Shown here: positions 20,456-31,256 of the stretch, in pieces
Numbering within the stretch: position 1 is the first letter of the stretch
Layout: each line of letters begins with the position of its first letter
Assembly: GCA_965247455.1 (NCBI GenBank)
Contig: CBDFHE010000003.1
Span: 3,332-67,331, forward strand
Direction of reading: 5' to 3'
Origin: Candidatus Acidiferrales bacterium
Lineage (GTDB): Bacteria; Acidobacteriota; Terriglobia; Acidiferrales; 2-02-FULL-67-57
DNA: 64,000 bases
The notes under the pieces: generated by a model
Databases searched by the model: none
What the model was told of the DNA's origin: nothing
What the model saw: the letters and a program-made list of their open reading frames with translations, nothing else
Made by a program: the position numbers and the translations under genes

Positions 20456-23400
20456 TCACACCCACACCTCATCTTTCAGGGCGGAGATCGCCGGCAGCAG
20501 GCGCGCCACTTCTTTTTCCAGGGCTTCGTAGGCTTCCTCAGCCTGGGTCAGGTTGCCTTCCCGCCCTAGCAGTTCCAGCTTCAGCGCCGCCTCGAAGGCG
20601 GGCTGGGCGCAGAAGTTGCTCACCGAGCCCTTTAAGGCGTGGGCGGCGCGCTCGATCGTCTTGGCATCGTGATTCGCCACCGCATGCCGAATCTCGGCCA
20701 GCTTCCTCGGACAATCAGCTAGGAACAACGCCAACAATTCTTGCAGCAGCTCGGTGTCCCCGTCCACGCGGGCCAGCAGCGCCTCCTTGTCCAGAATCCT
20801 CTCGGGCTGTTTTTGCGCGGGCGCACGTTCACGCCCCCCGTCTTTGGCAGCCGTGGGGGCGTGGGTTTTGATCGCCTCCACCAGGTCTTTGCTCCGAATC
20901 GGTTTTGAAACGTATCCGTCCATTCCAACCTCCAGACAATGTTCCCGGTCGCCCGGCATGGTGTGGGCCGTCATGGCGATGATGGCCACGTGGAATCCGG
21001 ACTCCTTTTCCCGCCGGCGGATTTCCGCCGTGGCCTCGTAGCCGTCCATCTCCGGCATCTGGCAATCCATGAAGACCAGGTCGTAGGGGACCTGCTCCAG
21101 CAGCTCGACCGCCTCTTTGCCGTTAGCGGCCACGTCCACTCGGCAGCCGAGCTTCTCCAGCATCCGCGCCGCCACTATCTGGTTCACGACGTTGTCCTCC
21201 GCCACCAGCACCCGCACGCGCAGGGCGGGGCTGGCCGGAGCGGCAGCGTCCGGGGCGCTGCGGGACTCATCCCGGCTGTGGCGCGTTATCAGTTTTGTCG
21301 ACTTCCCGTCTTGTTCGGTTTTCCAAGCCGTGGTGAGTACGTCCAGGAGTTCCGATTGCCGCAGCGGTTTGACCAGGTAGGCGGAAAACCCCGCTGCCAG
21401 CATGCGCGCGGTGTCGCTCTGCTGGCCGACGGCGGTGAGCATCACCAGCACGGTATCCTTCAGCGCCGGGTCGGCCTTGATGGCGTGTCCCAACTCCTCG
21501 CCGTTCATTCCTGGCATGTCGTAGTCAATGAGGGCGATTTGGTAGGGGTCGCCTGCCGCCTGCGCCGCGCCCAGCGCCTGCAACGCTGCTCCGCCCGTGG
21601 CCACACAATTGCTGCGCATCGCCCAACTGCTGATCTGCTCGTACAACAGGAGGCGGTTGGCTTCTGCATCGTCCACGATCAGGATGCGCAGCCCCGAGAT
21701 CTCGGTGGGGGCGGCGGGAGAAGCCGGGGCCTGGGTGTCCAGAGGCAGGCGCAGCGTGAACCAGAAGGTGGAGCCTTGGCCGGGGCGGCTGGTGGCTCCC
21801 AGCGTGCCTCCCATCAAGTCCACCAGTTGCCGGCAAATCGCCAGCCCCAGCCCGGTGCCGCCGTACTTGCGGGTAGTGGAAGCGTCGGCCTGCGTGAATT
21901 TGTCGAACATGCCGGCGATCTTGTCTTCTGGAATACCGATGCCGGTGTCTTGGACCGAAATCCGCATGCGCACTTCTTTGTCGGTTTGTTCCTCGCACTC
22001 GACGTTGACGAGCACGTGCCCCTTGTGGGTGAACTTGATGGCGTTGCCCACTAGGTTCATGAGGATCTGGCGGAGGCGGCCCGAGTCGCCGATCAGGTGG
22101 CGGGGGGGCGCTGGGGGCGTAGCGCACCAGCAGACCCAGCCCTTTCTCCTCCGCCTTAGGAGCCAGCAGTTCCACCGTCTCCTCGGCCGCCACCTGGAGG
22201 TCGAAGGGTTCGGGCTCGATGGTCAGCTTGCCCGCTTCGATCTTGGAAAAGTCCAGGATATCGTTGATGATGGCCAGCAAAGCATCGGCGGAGTCGCGGA
22301 CCGCCCCGGCGTAGTCTCGCTGCTCGGGGGTGAGGTCGGTTTCCAGCAGCAGCCCGGTCATACCCAGCACGCCGTTCATGGGGGTGCGGATTTCGTGGCT
22401 CATGTTGGCCAGGAAGTCGCTCTTGGTGCGGTTGGCGGCTTCGGCCCGTTGCCTAGCTTCTTCCAGCTCCTCCACCAGCCGGGTCAGGTGGACGGAGTTT
22501 TCCTCCTGCATTTCCTTGGCGTTCTGCAGGTCGGCGGTGTGGCGCTCCAACTCCTCCTGCGCCCGCTTGCGCTCGATCAGTTCAGCCAGCAGGTTGGCGA
22601 CGGCTTGGAGGAAGTGAACGTCATCTTGGGTGAATCTGGCCCGCTTGCTTGTATGCGTGCTCAGCACGCCATAGGGCCGGCCTCGCCCCGGGATGATGAC
22701 GCTCAAGCCGCTGGTCACCCCGTGGTCGTGCAGCAGTTGCGGGCCGTTGAAGCGCTTTTTCGTGCGCAGATCTTCCACAATCACGGGGTCGCTGGATTGC
22801 AGGGTGTAGCCGGCCTGGGATTTCTTGCCGGTGTCCACCGTGGCTTGTCCTACCAGTCCTTCCTTCCAACCCACGCCCGCCCGTAGGAGCATCTGCTTGC
22901 CGTCGGGCAGGAGTTCCAGCACCTCGCACATCTCCACTTGCAGGGTCTTGGCCACCAGGGCCACGGCTGCGTGCATCGACATGGAAGCGTCGGCGCCCGC
23001 CAGCGCCCCTTGCCCCAGCTCGACCACCGCCGCCTGCTGCCGTTCCCGCGTCCTGAGTTGCACCAATGCTTGCTTGCGTTCGATCACCCGCCCGATCTGC
23101 GTTCCGATGGAAGTCATGACTTCCAATAGCGACTCGTCCGGTTCCGCTGCTTCCAGGGAGAAGAACTCCAGCACGGCCGCTACTTTGTTTTCCACCAATA
23201 CCGGGAAAGCAAACGCCGCTTTGAGTCCTACGTCCTTGGCCCGCCCGGCCCGTATGAAACCCGCATCCTGGGATATATCTACGATCCACTCCGGCTGGCC
23301 GCTGGCGTACGCCCGCCCGGGCAGTCCTTCTCCCGAGGAAAACCGGGTTCTGTCAGTCACTTTCTTAAACCTGTCAAATTGTTTTGGGTTGTCGAAATGC

Positions 23401-24959
23401 CAAATGGTAGAAGGAGACAGGCCCCCGGGGGAGTCTTCGTCAAGGAGATAAACGTGTCCGACCGGCCAGCCGGTGTGAGCACAGACGTGGTCCAGGCATA
23501 TCTGCATCACTTCTTCTACGGTCGAGGTTTGGTTGGCAGCCACTGCAACGGTTTGAAGCAATTGTATGAACGCAGTCTTCTGCCGCAGCGCCGCTTCCGC
23601 CCACACGCGCTCGGTAACATCATGCGAGAGGCCGCGCACAAGCGGCTTCTCCAGGCCTTCCCGGCGCAAGGAGTTGTCGTACTCTAGGATTTTCACTTGG
23701 CCGTCCCGGGTCACCACCTTCATGAATCCTTGAGCCCGACCGTTCTGCTGGACGGTCTTCAGGTAGGGCTGGAATCGGGGGCGCGTGTCGGGAACCATAA
23801 ACTCACGCAGATTGCGGCCCACCAAGTCCTCTGCGCGCTCGTATCCCAGCTCGCGCACCGTGGCGCGGTTGACGCTGAGCAGGACACCCTCCAGGTCGTG
23901 CGTACAGATGAGGTCACCGCTGTTTTCCACCAAGTCGCGGTATTGTCCCTCGCTCTCTCGGAGTGCCGCCTCCGCCTGCTTGTGCTCGGAAATCTTGTTT
24001 TTTAGTTCTTGGTTGGACTGTTCCGCTTCCGCGGTTCGCTCGTGCAGGGTCCGCTTGGCCTCTTCCAGTTGCGCTACGGTGAGCTTTTGCTCGCGGTAGG
24101 TTTCCACGTAGTCCAGCGCCAGGCCGGTAAACGGCACCAGGTAGGCGATGATCTTCATGAAATGGGCAATATTGAAGTGGTTGTCGAACAGTGCCACCGA
24201 CCCGAACGCCATGTGGAGTTGCGTCACCACTTCCGGAACCACACTGACGATCAACGCATAGGCGAACAGGCTCGGCGCTTTGCGGTAGAAGCGGGGATGG
24301 ATGAAGAGGCCCGCAAAAGCAAACAAGATCAGAGGGGCCACGTCGTGGGGCCGGGTCACCAGCGAGTCAGGGAACATGGTCTGGGGCAGCCGGGCGCTGG
24401 TGGCGGCGACATAGATGATCACGTAGGCAACCAGGCCGAAGATCACACTGACAGCCAGCACAAAACCAAGCCCTCGGTTCTTCTTTCCCGACCCGCGCAG
24501 AAGCAAAATGCCCACACCCGCCATCATGATGAGGGCGTTGAACATCCGGCAGATGGCCCAGGTGAACGGGATCAGGTTGCGGTTGTCGGCCACGGCTTCA
24601 ATCAGCCGGTTGGCCGCCAGGGTGTGGAAGGCGTCCATGGCGCCGGCGAAAAACAGGGCCAACCCGATGATGGGGGTGGTGATGTCGCGCGTCATGTGGA
24701 AGTGAACAAAGGCGAGAATGACGGTGAAGATGGCCGTGCAGAAAGCGCTCCACTCCAGGATGGTGTGCGTATAATTTCCGGCCAGGGAGCGGTGCATGGC
24801 ATCCGCCGCCTGGTTGGGCGCCAGGCGGGCCGCCGCGGCCCAGTCGAGGGCAGTCCCCGAGGACCCGAAATCCACACCCAGCAGGTTCAACAGGAAGGGT
24901 AGGGCGCAGACCGCTACCACCGCCCAAACCAGGTGTTTTGGAAGTCTATCTCTCTTCAT
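20456..24959 (-). pseudogene. Membrane (multi-TM sensor)-PAS-GAF-GAF hybrid histidine kinase with two receivers and an Hpt domain, frameshifted in a G7/C7 run
   Basis: ORFs 21525-24959 and 20456-22060 overlap. Removing one base from the G7 run at 22102-22108 gives ..[32 protein letters not shown].., a canonical N-box context. The Hpt motif HALKGS lies near the C-terminus. Confidence 0.8.
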
Positions 24960-25391
24960 GCTTCATGTCCGTGCCGTTTGGGAAGCCTCCACCCACCTCC
25001 GCGCAGCGCAGTTCCCCTTGCGGTCGCTGGCTTTGCTTGATGTCTGCCAAAGGGAGGAAATCCTCCTTCCGCCGCTGGTTCGGCTCTTTTCGTCTTTCAG
25101 GTATCTGCACCCAGAGCGCCTGGGCCGCGCAGCCCTCCCAAGGTCACACCTTTTCCCCTATTGTCGGGCGCAACACCGCACTACTGACTTATCGGCTACA
25201 AAACAAGGCTGCTTGAGTTGCCGCCCGATGGCTTTCCGCCAGGGGGTCCAGGGTAACTGGGGGCGGGAGCGCCGGTCGGAATGGGCCGTTCAAGACCAAT
25301 CTGCTTCCAGGGATTAGTAGAGGGGAACTAGCGCACCGAACTCCAACCTGCTTGGAGTGAGCAGAGTCTGCGACGCAGCTTCGGTTTGCAG

Positions 25392-26348
25392 CTACTTGCG
25401 ATGGCGGCGGAGGAAGGAGTTGACAGCGGCGCGGGTGGGCATGGAAGGTTGAGCGCCGGGCCGGGTGACGGAAAGCGCGCCGGCGGCGCAGGCGTAACGC
25501 GTCGCCTCCCGCAGCGTTTTCCCCGACAAAAGTGCTACTGCCAGCGCGCCGTTGAAGGCGTCGCCCGCGCCGGTGGTGTCCACTGCCTTCACTCGGAAGC
25601 CGCGCACGTGAACAATCCCTCCGGCCCCTCGGAGTGAACCCCGCTCGGCCACCAGCGCTCCGCGCTCGCCCATCTTCAAGATGACGGCGCGCGGACCGCG
25701 CCGCAGCAGTTGACGGCAAAGCCGTCGCCCTTCGGGCAGAGAGAGGCGGTGCGGCTGGCGCCCGCAGAGCAGGCAAGCTTCAGCTTCGTTGGGCGTCAGC
25801 ACGCTGACGCGCTGCAGCAAGCTCGCCGGCAATGCGCGTGCCGGAGCCGGGTCAAGAATCAGCGGCACGCCGCTGCGAGCCGCCAACTCGGCCAGCCGGG
25901 CCACCGGTTCCGGCGGCACTTCCAGTTGGGTCAGAATCAGCCCGGCGGAGCGCAACCGCGCCTGGGAGCGCCCAATGTCCCTTGCGCTCAGGGTGGCGTT
26001 GGCTCCCGGAGCGACCACAATCTGGTTCTCGCCTTTGGGCCCGGTAACGACAAACGCAGTCCCCGAACGCACGCCTTTTGCGCTGCTGACCGCGCGCGTA
26101 TCGACCCCGGCGGCCCGCAGGCTGGAGCGCAGGCGGCGGCCGAACTCGTCCGTGCCCACCTTGGCTACCATGGTCGTGGGCGTGCCCAGCCGCGCCGCCG
26201 CCACCGCTTGATTGCCGCCCTTGCCGCCGTAACACACGTCGAAGCGGGCGCGGCTGACCGTCTCGCCCGCCACCGGCAGCCGCGGCGCTCGCACCACAAA
26301 GTCCACATTCACGCTGCCGACAACCACAATCTTCTTCTGTGGTCTCAT
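25392..26348 (-). CDS. rbsK: Ribokinase / PfkB-family sugar kinase
   Basis: IVVVGSVNVDFVV...GGKGGNQAVAAARLG...DTTGAGDAFNGALA. The start is set at MRPQKK. Confidence 0.8.
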   Translation of the reverse strand: MRPQKKIVVVGSVNVDFVVRAPRLPVAGETVSRARFDVCYGGKGGNQAVAAARLGTPTTMVAKVGTDEFGRRLRSSLRAAGVDTRAVSSAKGVRSGTAFVVTGPKGENQIVVAPGANATLSARDIGRSQARLRSAGLILTQLEVPPEPVARLAELAARSGVPLILDPAPARALPASLLQRVSVLTPNEAEACLLCGRQPHRLSLPEGRRLCRQLLRRGPRAVILKMGERGALVAERGSLRGAGGIVHVRGFRVKAVDTTGAGDAFNGALAVALLSGKTLREATRYACAAGALSVTRPGAQPSMPTRAAVNSFLRRHRK

Positions 26349-26469
26349 CTTGGTTAAGCAAACCGCAGTCGACACAAATAACTTGACAACCAGGGCGGGT
26401 AAGGGTTCATAATAAGAGTGCAGGGTCCGAACCGGCGAAGGCCGCTGTAGGTCCTGCTTATTAAGATCA

Positions 26470-26500
26470 AGCAGCCGCCGCAAGGCGGCTGCTTTGTTTT
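26470..26500. terminator. Hairpin with T-run between the DUF3800 gene and ribokinase
   Basis: 10 bp stem agcagccgcc/ggcggctgct with loop gcaa, followed on the plus strand by ttgtttt. It sits directly downstream of the minus-strand DUF3800 gene, so the functional orientation is ambiguous. Confidence 0.4.
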
Positions 26501-27235
26501 CTATCCTCTTTCGATTCCATCAGGATCATCGGGCGATACCTTCAGACAGAGAACGGGTCGCAAGAAGTTAAACATTGGGTTGATGCCATACTTGGCGACC
26601 AGCGGGGTCGGTAGCACTTCTCGTTTGAGCAGAGAAAAGGCAACCGCGTCCACCAATTGAAGAAAATAGGACGATTCACTTGACTTGAAAATAGGGTCCT
26701 CAATGACCCTCGATGTTTTTATGTTCCTCCGAAGTTCACCGTTTTCCCAACTGCCAAATTTGCTTGGTATCCAGTTGAAAACTGCCATCTGGCGGGCAAC
26801 CTTCCGGATCATTCCTTCTTTACCCTCGTCTAAGAAAACGATTCCCTGTGTCTGATTGTCTATTAGATTCGCTTGGATTCGATTCAACATTCTCTCGAAT
26901 GCACGTAAATAAGGGTCGACAGGGCAGTGCGGAACGGTGATGCAAACATTGAGTATTTCGGCGTCAGGTAGGGTGGTAGTAAACTTGAGTACTTCTCTGA
27001 AAATTTGCGAGCGCAAGTACTTTCCAATTGGTTTGGAACCATACTTTCCGCGCCCTGCAACCAAATCAGTGGCGTGAAGTTCTTTCTTCACATAAACCCC
27101 ATACCGATTCTTGAGGTTGCGCCGGAATCCTTTTATTTGGTCGAATGCTTCACGCCAACGCTCAGATGTCAATCTAAGTGCTGAGAGAACGAAGAGTTGG
27201 CGGTTTGCTGAAGCATCGATGTAGAAGATAAACAT
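26501..27235 (-). CDS. DUF3800-family protein
   Basis: 244 aa. The N-terminal MFIFYIDAS.. and the overall pattern resemble DUF3800 proteins. The gene is clearly AT-richer than its flanks. Confidence 0.6.
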   Translation of the reverse strand: MFIFYIDASANRQLFVLSALRLTSERWREAFDQIKGFRRNLKNRYGVYVKKELHATDLVAGRGKYGSKPIGKYLRSQIFREVLKFTTTLPDAEILNVCITVPHCPVDPYLRAFERMLNRIQANLIDNQTQGIVFLDEGKEGMIRKVARQMAVFNWIPSKFGSWENGELRRNIKTSRVIEDPIFKSSESSYFLQLVDAVAFSLLKREVLPTPLVAKYGINPMFNFLRPVLCLKVSPDDPDGIERG

Positions 27236-27244
27236 TATGCCTTG

Positions 27245-28180
27245 TCAGACATTTACAATGGGGGCAGCGTTATCGTTGGTGCGGAAGGCGTAGGCCATGC
27301 GCGCGGTGGAAAAGGCCGCGCCCACGCGAGCCTTCCTATCCACGATCAGCAGCCCGCCGCGCCCCTGCGTCCGCTCCTGCAGCAGCGCCACCGCCTTCTA
27401 CGCTGCGGCCTGCGGGTCGGCGTCGCAAGCGAGCAGGTCGCAGGCCGCCTTGCTTAGCACTACCTTCATAATGGCTTCTCCCGCGCCGGTGGCGGAGACG
27501 GCCCCGGCTCGGTTGTCGGCATAGCTGCCGCAGCCCACCAGGGGCGAGTCGCCCACGCGGCCGGGGAACTTGCCGGCGGTGCCGCCAGTGGAGGTGCTGG
27601 CCGCCAGGTTGCCGTGGGCATCCAGGGCGATGGCGCCCACCGTACCCATCGTCCCGCTGCCACCGCTCCCGCCCTCCGCCAGCCCCGCCGATGGTTGGGC
27701 CGGAGGCGACTGACCGGTGGCGCGCGCTCGGTGCCAGCGCTCGGCTTCACGAGCAATCACAAATTCGGAGGGGTTGCACAGGGAGACGCCTTGCTCGACG
27801 GCAAACTGCTCCGCGCCGGCGCCCACCAGCAGCATGTGGTCGCTGCGCTCCAACACCAGCCGGGCCACGCGCACCGGGTTGCGCAGGCGCTCGACCGCCG
27901 CCACCGCGCCGGACTTCAAGGTCGCCCCATCTATTACAATGGCATCCAGTTGCGCCCGGCCGTCACGGTTCAGGTGCGAGCCCACTCCGGCGTCGAAGAT
28001 CGGCACGTTTTCCAGCTCCACCGTAGCCTGCTCGCAGGCGTCCAGCGCCGTCCCGCCTTTCTCCAGCACCGCCCAGCCGCACTCCAACGCCTGCCGGACG
28101 CCCGCCCGGCAGGCCTCCACCAGCTCGTCAGGGATGTCCCACGCCCCGCCATGCACCGCCAGCGCAATTTTGTTAGACAT
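27245..28180 (-). pseudogene. Isoaspartyl peptidase / L-asparaginase (Ntn hydrolase, Asparaginase_2) with an in-frame TAG at 27398-27400
   Basis: HGGAW, the autoprocessing region GTVGAIALD, and GRVGDSPLVGCG are present. After the TAG the same frame continues KAVALLQERTQGRGGLLIVDRKARVGAAFSTARMAYAF.., the expected conserved C-terminus. Confidence 0.75.
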
Positions 28181-28225
28181 GCGTACCTACCGGATCGTTC
28201 ACAATCTGCGCACTTCCGAGACTCT

Positions 28226-28693
28226 CTACTCCAATTCTTCGGGGTTAAAGATTTTCAACCCGCTGTCGCGGGCAAAGTTTGCTAACTGTTGATCGGCTAC
28301 GCCAAATTCTATTTCTTTCTCCCCCGACGCAAAACTGGGAACAAGCCTACACATATCGCGCAGCCAGATAGCGGCCGACAGATGAACGGCGTCGGCTCCC
28401 GTGATGGGAAAACGCTCCACTAAGTTTCGCACCGCCGTTAGAGTACCTCTGTCCAAATCCAAGACACTGAAGGAAAAAATCAACTCCTGCACAAACTTCT
28501 CTTGGGCACGATCGTACGCCTTCCGTGGAAGGTGGCCCAGTTGGTATTTTCGTCCGAGTGCGCTCTGCACCTCGGCCTCACTCAAGATGGATGTGAAGAT
28601 GCGATCTCCTTTGCGAAATCGGGCGTTGAGGGTATCACTGCCGCGCTCACGCACGTAACGCTTTACGAGCGCCGAGGCGTCCAGATAGAGCAC
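28226..28693 (-). CDS. vapC: PIN-domain toxin (VapC-like)
   Basis: MLYLDASALVKRY... and ADAVHLSAA motifs. It overlaps the upstream antitoxin gene by 1 nt. Confidence 0.8.
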   Translation of the reverse strand: MLYLDASALVKRYVRERGSDTLNARFRKGDRIFTSILSEAEVQSALGRKYQLGHLPRKAYDRAQEKFVQELIFSFSVLDLDRGTLTAVRNLVERFPITGADAVHLSAAIWLRDMCRLVPSFASGEKEIEFGVADQQLANFARDSGLKIFNPEELE

Positions 28694-28974
28694 TAATCTC
28701 GATCCTCGATGATGATCCGTGAGGCAGGTTTGCCTTTGGCCACCACAGGCTGGAAAGGTTTGAACGGCTTGGTACCCAAACGCAAATGGCTCTGCGCAGC
28801 TAGCTCTTGGAGTTTTTCTTCGAGTCCGGGCGCAGTTGTGTTAGTGCTTGTTATGGGCTCGACTTTCGCAATGGGTTTGCCACGGTCGGTGACCAAAATG
28901 GTTTCCCCCCTGCGCACCCGGCGCAGGTAGTACGCTTGCCGGTTCTTGAATTCGCGGCTCCCAACTTTCTTCAT
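28693..28974 (-). CDS. Phd/YefM-type antitoxin
   Basis: SREFKNRQAYYLRRVRRGETILVTDRGKPIAKV, the typical N-terminal fold signature. It is paired with the PIN gene. Confidence 0.7.
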   Translation of the reverse strand: MKKVGSREFKNRQAYYLRRVRRGETILVTDRGKPIAKVEPITSTNTTAPGLEEKLQELAAQSHLRLGTKPFKPFQPVVAKGKPASRIIIEDRD

Positions 28975-29161
28975 GTAGCTACCTCCAGCTCAATTGTAGC
29001 TACATTGGAAAAGGAAGGCAACTAACTGGGCGGTAGTGTCCTCATTTGAGCGATTCCGAACTCGGCTCCAATTCACACCGAGCCCTGCGGCCCCCGCCGC
29101 AGGGATTCTTGTTTCCCCCAGGCAGGGGCCTGGGGGGCTCGGTGCGAAATTAAGACACTAT

Positions 29162-29773
29162 CTAACTGGGTGGGCGAGCGCCCGGCAGCGTACGCCCGGC
29201 GGTGGTTTCCTGCCAGGTATAAATGATGCGGTGGATAACGGTGACGGTGGAGAGCACGGCGATCAGCCACAGCACCGGCGCCATGCGGTTGAACACACCG
29301 CCGATGATCAGCAGCACCAGCCGCTCCGGCCGTTCCATGAAGCCCACCTTGCAGGCCGGGATCAGCGACTCCGCCCGCGCCCGCGCGTAGCTCACCATGA
29401 AGGAGCCCGCCATCGCCACCGCCGCCAGCACCACATAGAAGAAACGGCCGATCATGGCGTAATAGACCAGCAGCCCCATGTAGAGAATCATGTCGGAGTA
29501 GCGGTCAACCACGGAATCAAAGAAAGCCCCGAAGGTGCTCACCCGGCCCTGCTTGCGCGCCACTTGCCCGTCGGCCATGTCCAGAAAGCCGGCCAGGAAG
29601 ACCACTCCCGCCGCCCAGCGGAACTCGCCCGCGGCAAACAGCACCGCCGCCCAGGTGGTCACGATCAGGCCGAGCAGGGTCAGGAAGTTGGGATGGAGGC
29701 CGGTGGCGGCCAGCCCGCGCACAATCTTGGTGAGCAGCCAGCGGCCTCCTTTCCCGATCAGGCGTGTGTACAT
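29162..29773 (-). CDS. CDP-alcohol phosphatidyltransferase family protein
   Basis: Motif DMADGQVARKQGRVSTFGAFFDSVVDRYSD, i.e. D-G-x2-A-R-x8-G-x3-D-x3-D, plus multiple TM helices. Confidence 0.8.
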   Translation of the reverse strand: MYTRLIGKGGRWLLTKIVRGLAATGLHPNFLTLLGLIVTTWAAVLFAAGEFRWAAGVVFLAGFLDMADGQVARKQGRVSTFGAFFDSVVDRYSDMILYMGLLVYYAMIGRFFYVVLAAVAMAGSFMVSYARARAESLIPACKVGFMERPERLVLLIIGGVFNRMAPVLWLIAVLSTVTVIHRIIYTWQETTAGRTLPGARPPS

Positions 29774-29824
29774 CGAAGAGAAGCTCCGCGCTGCGTTCCC
29801 GCGCCGGCCGGCGGCCGACCGGTT

Positions 29825-30331
29825 CTACGGGTCGTAAATGGTGAGCAGGCGCACCACCTCGAACTCGCGCGCCCCCGCCGGCGTCCGCACGTTCACCGCC
29901 TCGCCTGCTCGTTTGCCCAGCAGGGCTTTGCCGATGGGCGAGGTGGTGGAGATCAGCCCCTGGCTCACGTCCGATTCCTCCGCCGTCACCAGTTGGTAGT
30001 TCACTTCATCATTGCTGTTCAGGTCGAGCAGCGTCACGCGGCTGCCATAGCCGATGCGGTCGCGCGGAATCTTGGCGAGATTGACGAGCGAAAGACCGGC
30101 GAGCCGCTTCCGCAACTGCTGCAACCTCATGCCCACCAGGTGTTGTCGCTCCTTGGCGTACTTGTATTCCGCGTTCTCGCTCAGGTCGCCGTGGGCGCGC
30201 GCCGTGGCGATTTCTTTGGGCAGCTCGTAGTTCAGCTCACGATCCAGTTGCGCGATCTCCCCTTCCAGTTTGCGGCGGATTTTCTCCCCCGCGCCCGCTT
30301 GCTTGTTCCCAGACTTGGCGGCGTCAGCCAT
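29825..30331 (-). CDS. greA: Transcription elongation factor GreA
   Basis: The coiled-coil N-terminus contains GDLSENAEY. The C-terminal domain contains ISTTSPIGKALLGK. Confidence 0.85.
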   Translation of the reverse strand: MADAAKSGNKQAGAGEKIRRKLEGEIAQLDRELNYELPKEIATARAHGDLSENAEYKYAKERQHLVGMRLQQLRKRLAGLSLVNLAKIPRDRIGYGSRVTLLDLNSNDEVNYQLVTAEESDVSQGLISTTSPIGKALLGKRAGEAVNVRTPAGAREFEVVRLLTIYDP

Positions 30332-30449
30332 GGCAGAAGTCTCGCAGCGTGTGCTCTCGTGAGCTCAATCGGGCGATTATAGTCATCTGGTGCCCTGCGA
30401 CGCAACTTGAGCGCGCACAAGCACTGCCCGAAAAAACCGGGATTTCAGC

Positions 30450-30478
30450 TTGACCCATTCGGGAAAGTTATCTATAAT
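30450..30478 (+). promoter_or_regulatory. Sigma-70-type promoter upstream of carD
   Basis: TTGACC (30450-30455), a 17 nt spacer, then TATAAT (30473-30478). The carD ATG is at 30510. Confidence 0.6.
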
Positions 30479-30509
30479 AGAAATTCTTCTTATCGCAGAC
30501 GCGCGTCCC

Positions 30510-31019
30510 ATGCCTTTTAAAGTCGGCGAAAAAGTCGTTTATCCCAACCACGGGGTTGGGATGATTGATCAGATTGCGCACAGCAATCTGAACGGTCAGG
30601 CCGAAAAGTACTACTTGGTTCGGGTCTTTACCAACGGGCTCAAGGTCACGGTGCCCTGCCTGAACGCCCACACGGTCGGCCTGCGCCGCACCATCAAGCC
30701 CGCCGAGGTTCCCCAAGTTCTCCGCCATCTGGAAAACGGCAAGGTGGACGCGCCCCGCGACTGGAAGCTGCGCTTCAAGCAGAACTCGGAAAAGATGCGC
30801 ACCGGCTCCCTCTACGACGTGGCGGAAGTCATCAAGTGCCTGCTCCGCATGGGTAAGACCAAGCCGCTCAGCTTTCGGGAAAAGAAGATGCTCGACCGCG
30901 CCCGCCACCTCTTGGTTTCCGAGCTCGCCATTGTGCGCAACGTCACCGAAGAAACCGTCGTGGACTTGGTGCAGAAGGCGCTCGGCAAGTCCAATCTCAG
31001 CCTGCCCGAGCCCACCTAG
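30510..31019 (+). CDS. carD: CarD/CdnL-family RNA-polymerase-binding transcriptional regulator
   Basis: The N-terminus MPFKVGEKVVYPNHGVGMIDQI is typical of CarD_TRCF-domain proteins. Confidence 0.8.
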   Translation: MPFKVGEKVVYPNHGVGMIDQIAHSNLNGQAEKYYLVRVFTNGLKVTVPCLNAHTVGLRRTIKPAEVPQVLRHLENGKVDAPRDWKLRFKQNSEKMRTGSLYDVAEVIKCLLRMGKTKPLSFREKKMLDRARHLLVSELAIVRNVTEETVVDLVQKALGKSNLSLPEPT

Positions 31020-31055
31020 CTGCTTCGGTTTTTCCCGCTGTATCTTGTTTTTCCT

Positions 31056-31256
31056 TTAGCCGCGTTTTCGATTCCGTGGTTTCCCCCAGCCACCCTCTTG
31101 CCGGTTGTCCGCTCGCGCTTGCACTGCCGTTACTGCCTGCGCGATGGCGCGGGCGGGGTTGTCGGGCGTGGAGAAGACCTTCAGGATTTCCAACTGCGAG
31201 CCGCGCAGGAAGACGCAGTCGGTGAAGGTGCCTCCGGTGTCAATGGCGATGCGCAT
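31056..31256 (-). pseudogene. N-terminal remnant of a hydantoinase/oxoprolinase-family gene
   Basis: MRIAIDTGGTFTDCVFL.. matches the family N-terminus. Only about 45 homologous residues remain before the ORF degenerates. Confidence 0.5.

Noticed and set aside
21525-22100. The C-terminal ~190 residues of ORF 21525-24959 ([21 protein letters not shown]...).
   Set aside because: This is out-of-frame read-through after the G7 frameshift. The true continuation is ORF 20456-22060.
25000-25390. ORFs 24796-25317, 24938-25216 and 25189-25776 in the gap between the large kinase and ribokinase.
   Set aside because: Composition is typical of non-coding high-GC sequence (Arg/Ala/Pro-rich), the ORFs overlap each other, and no family signal is present.
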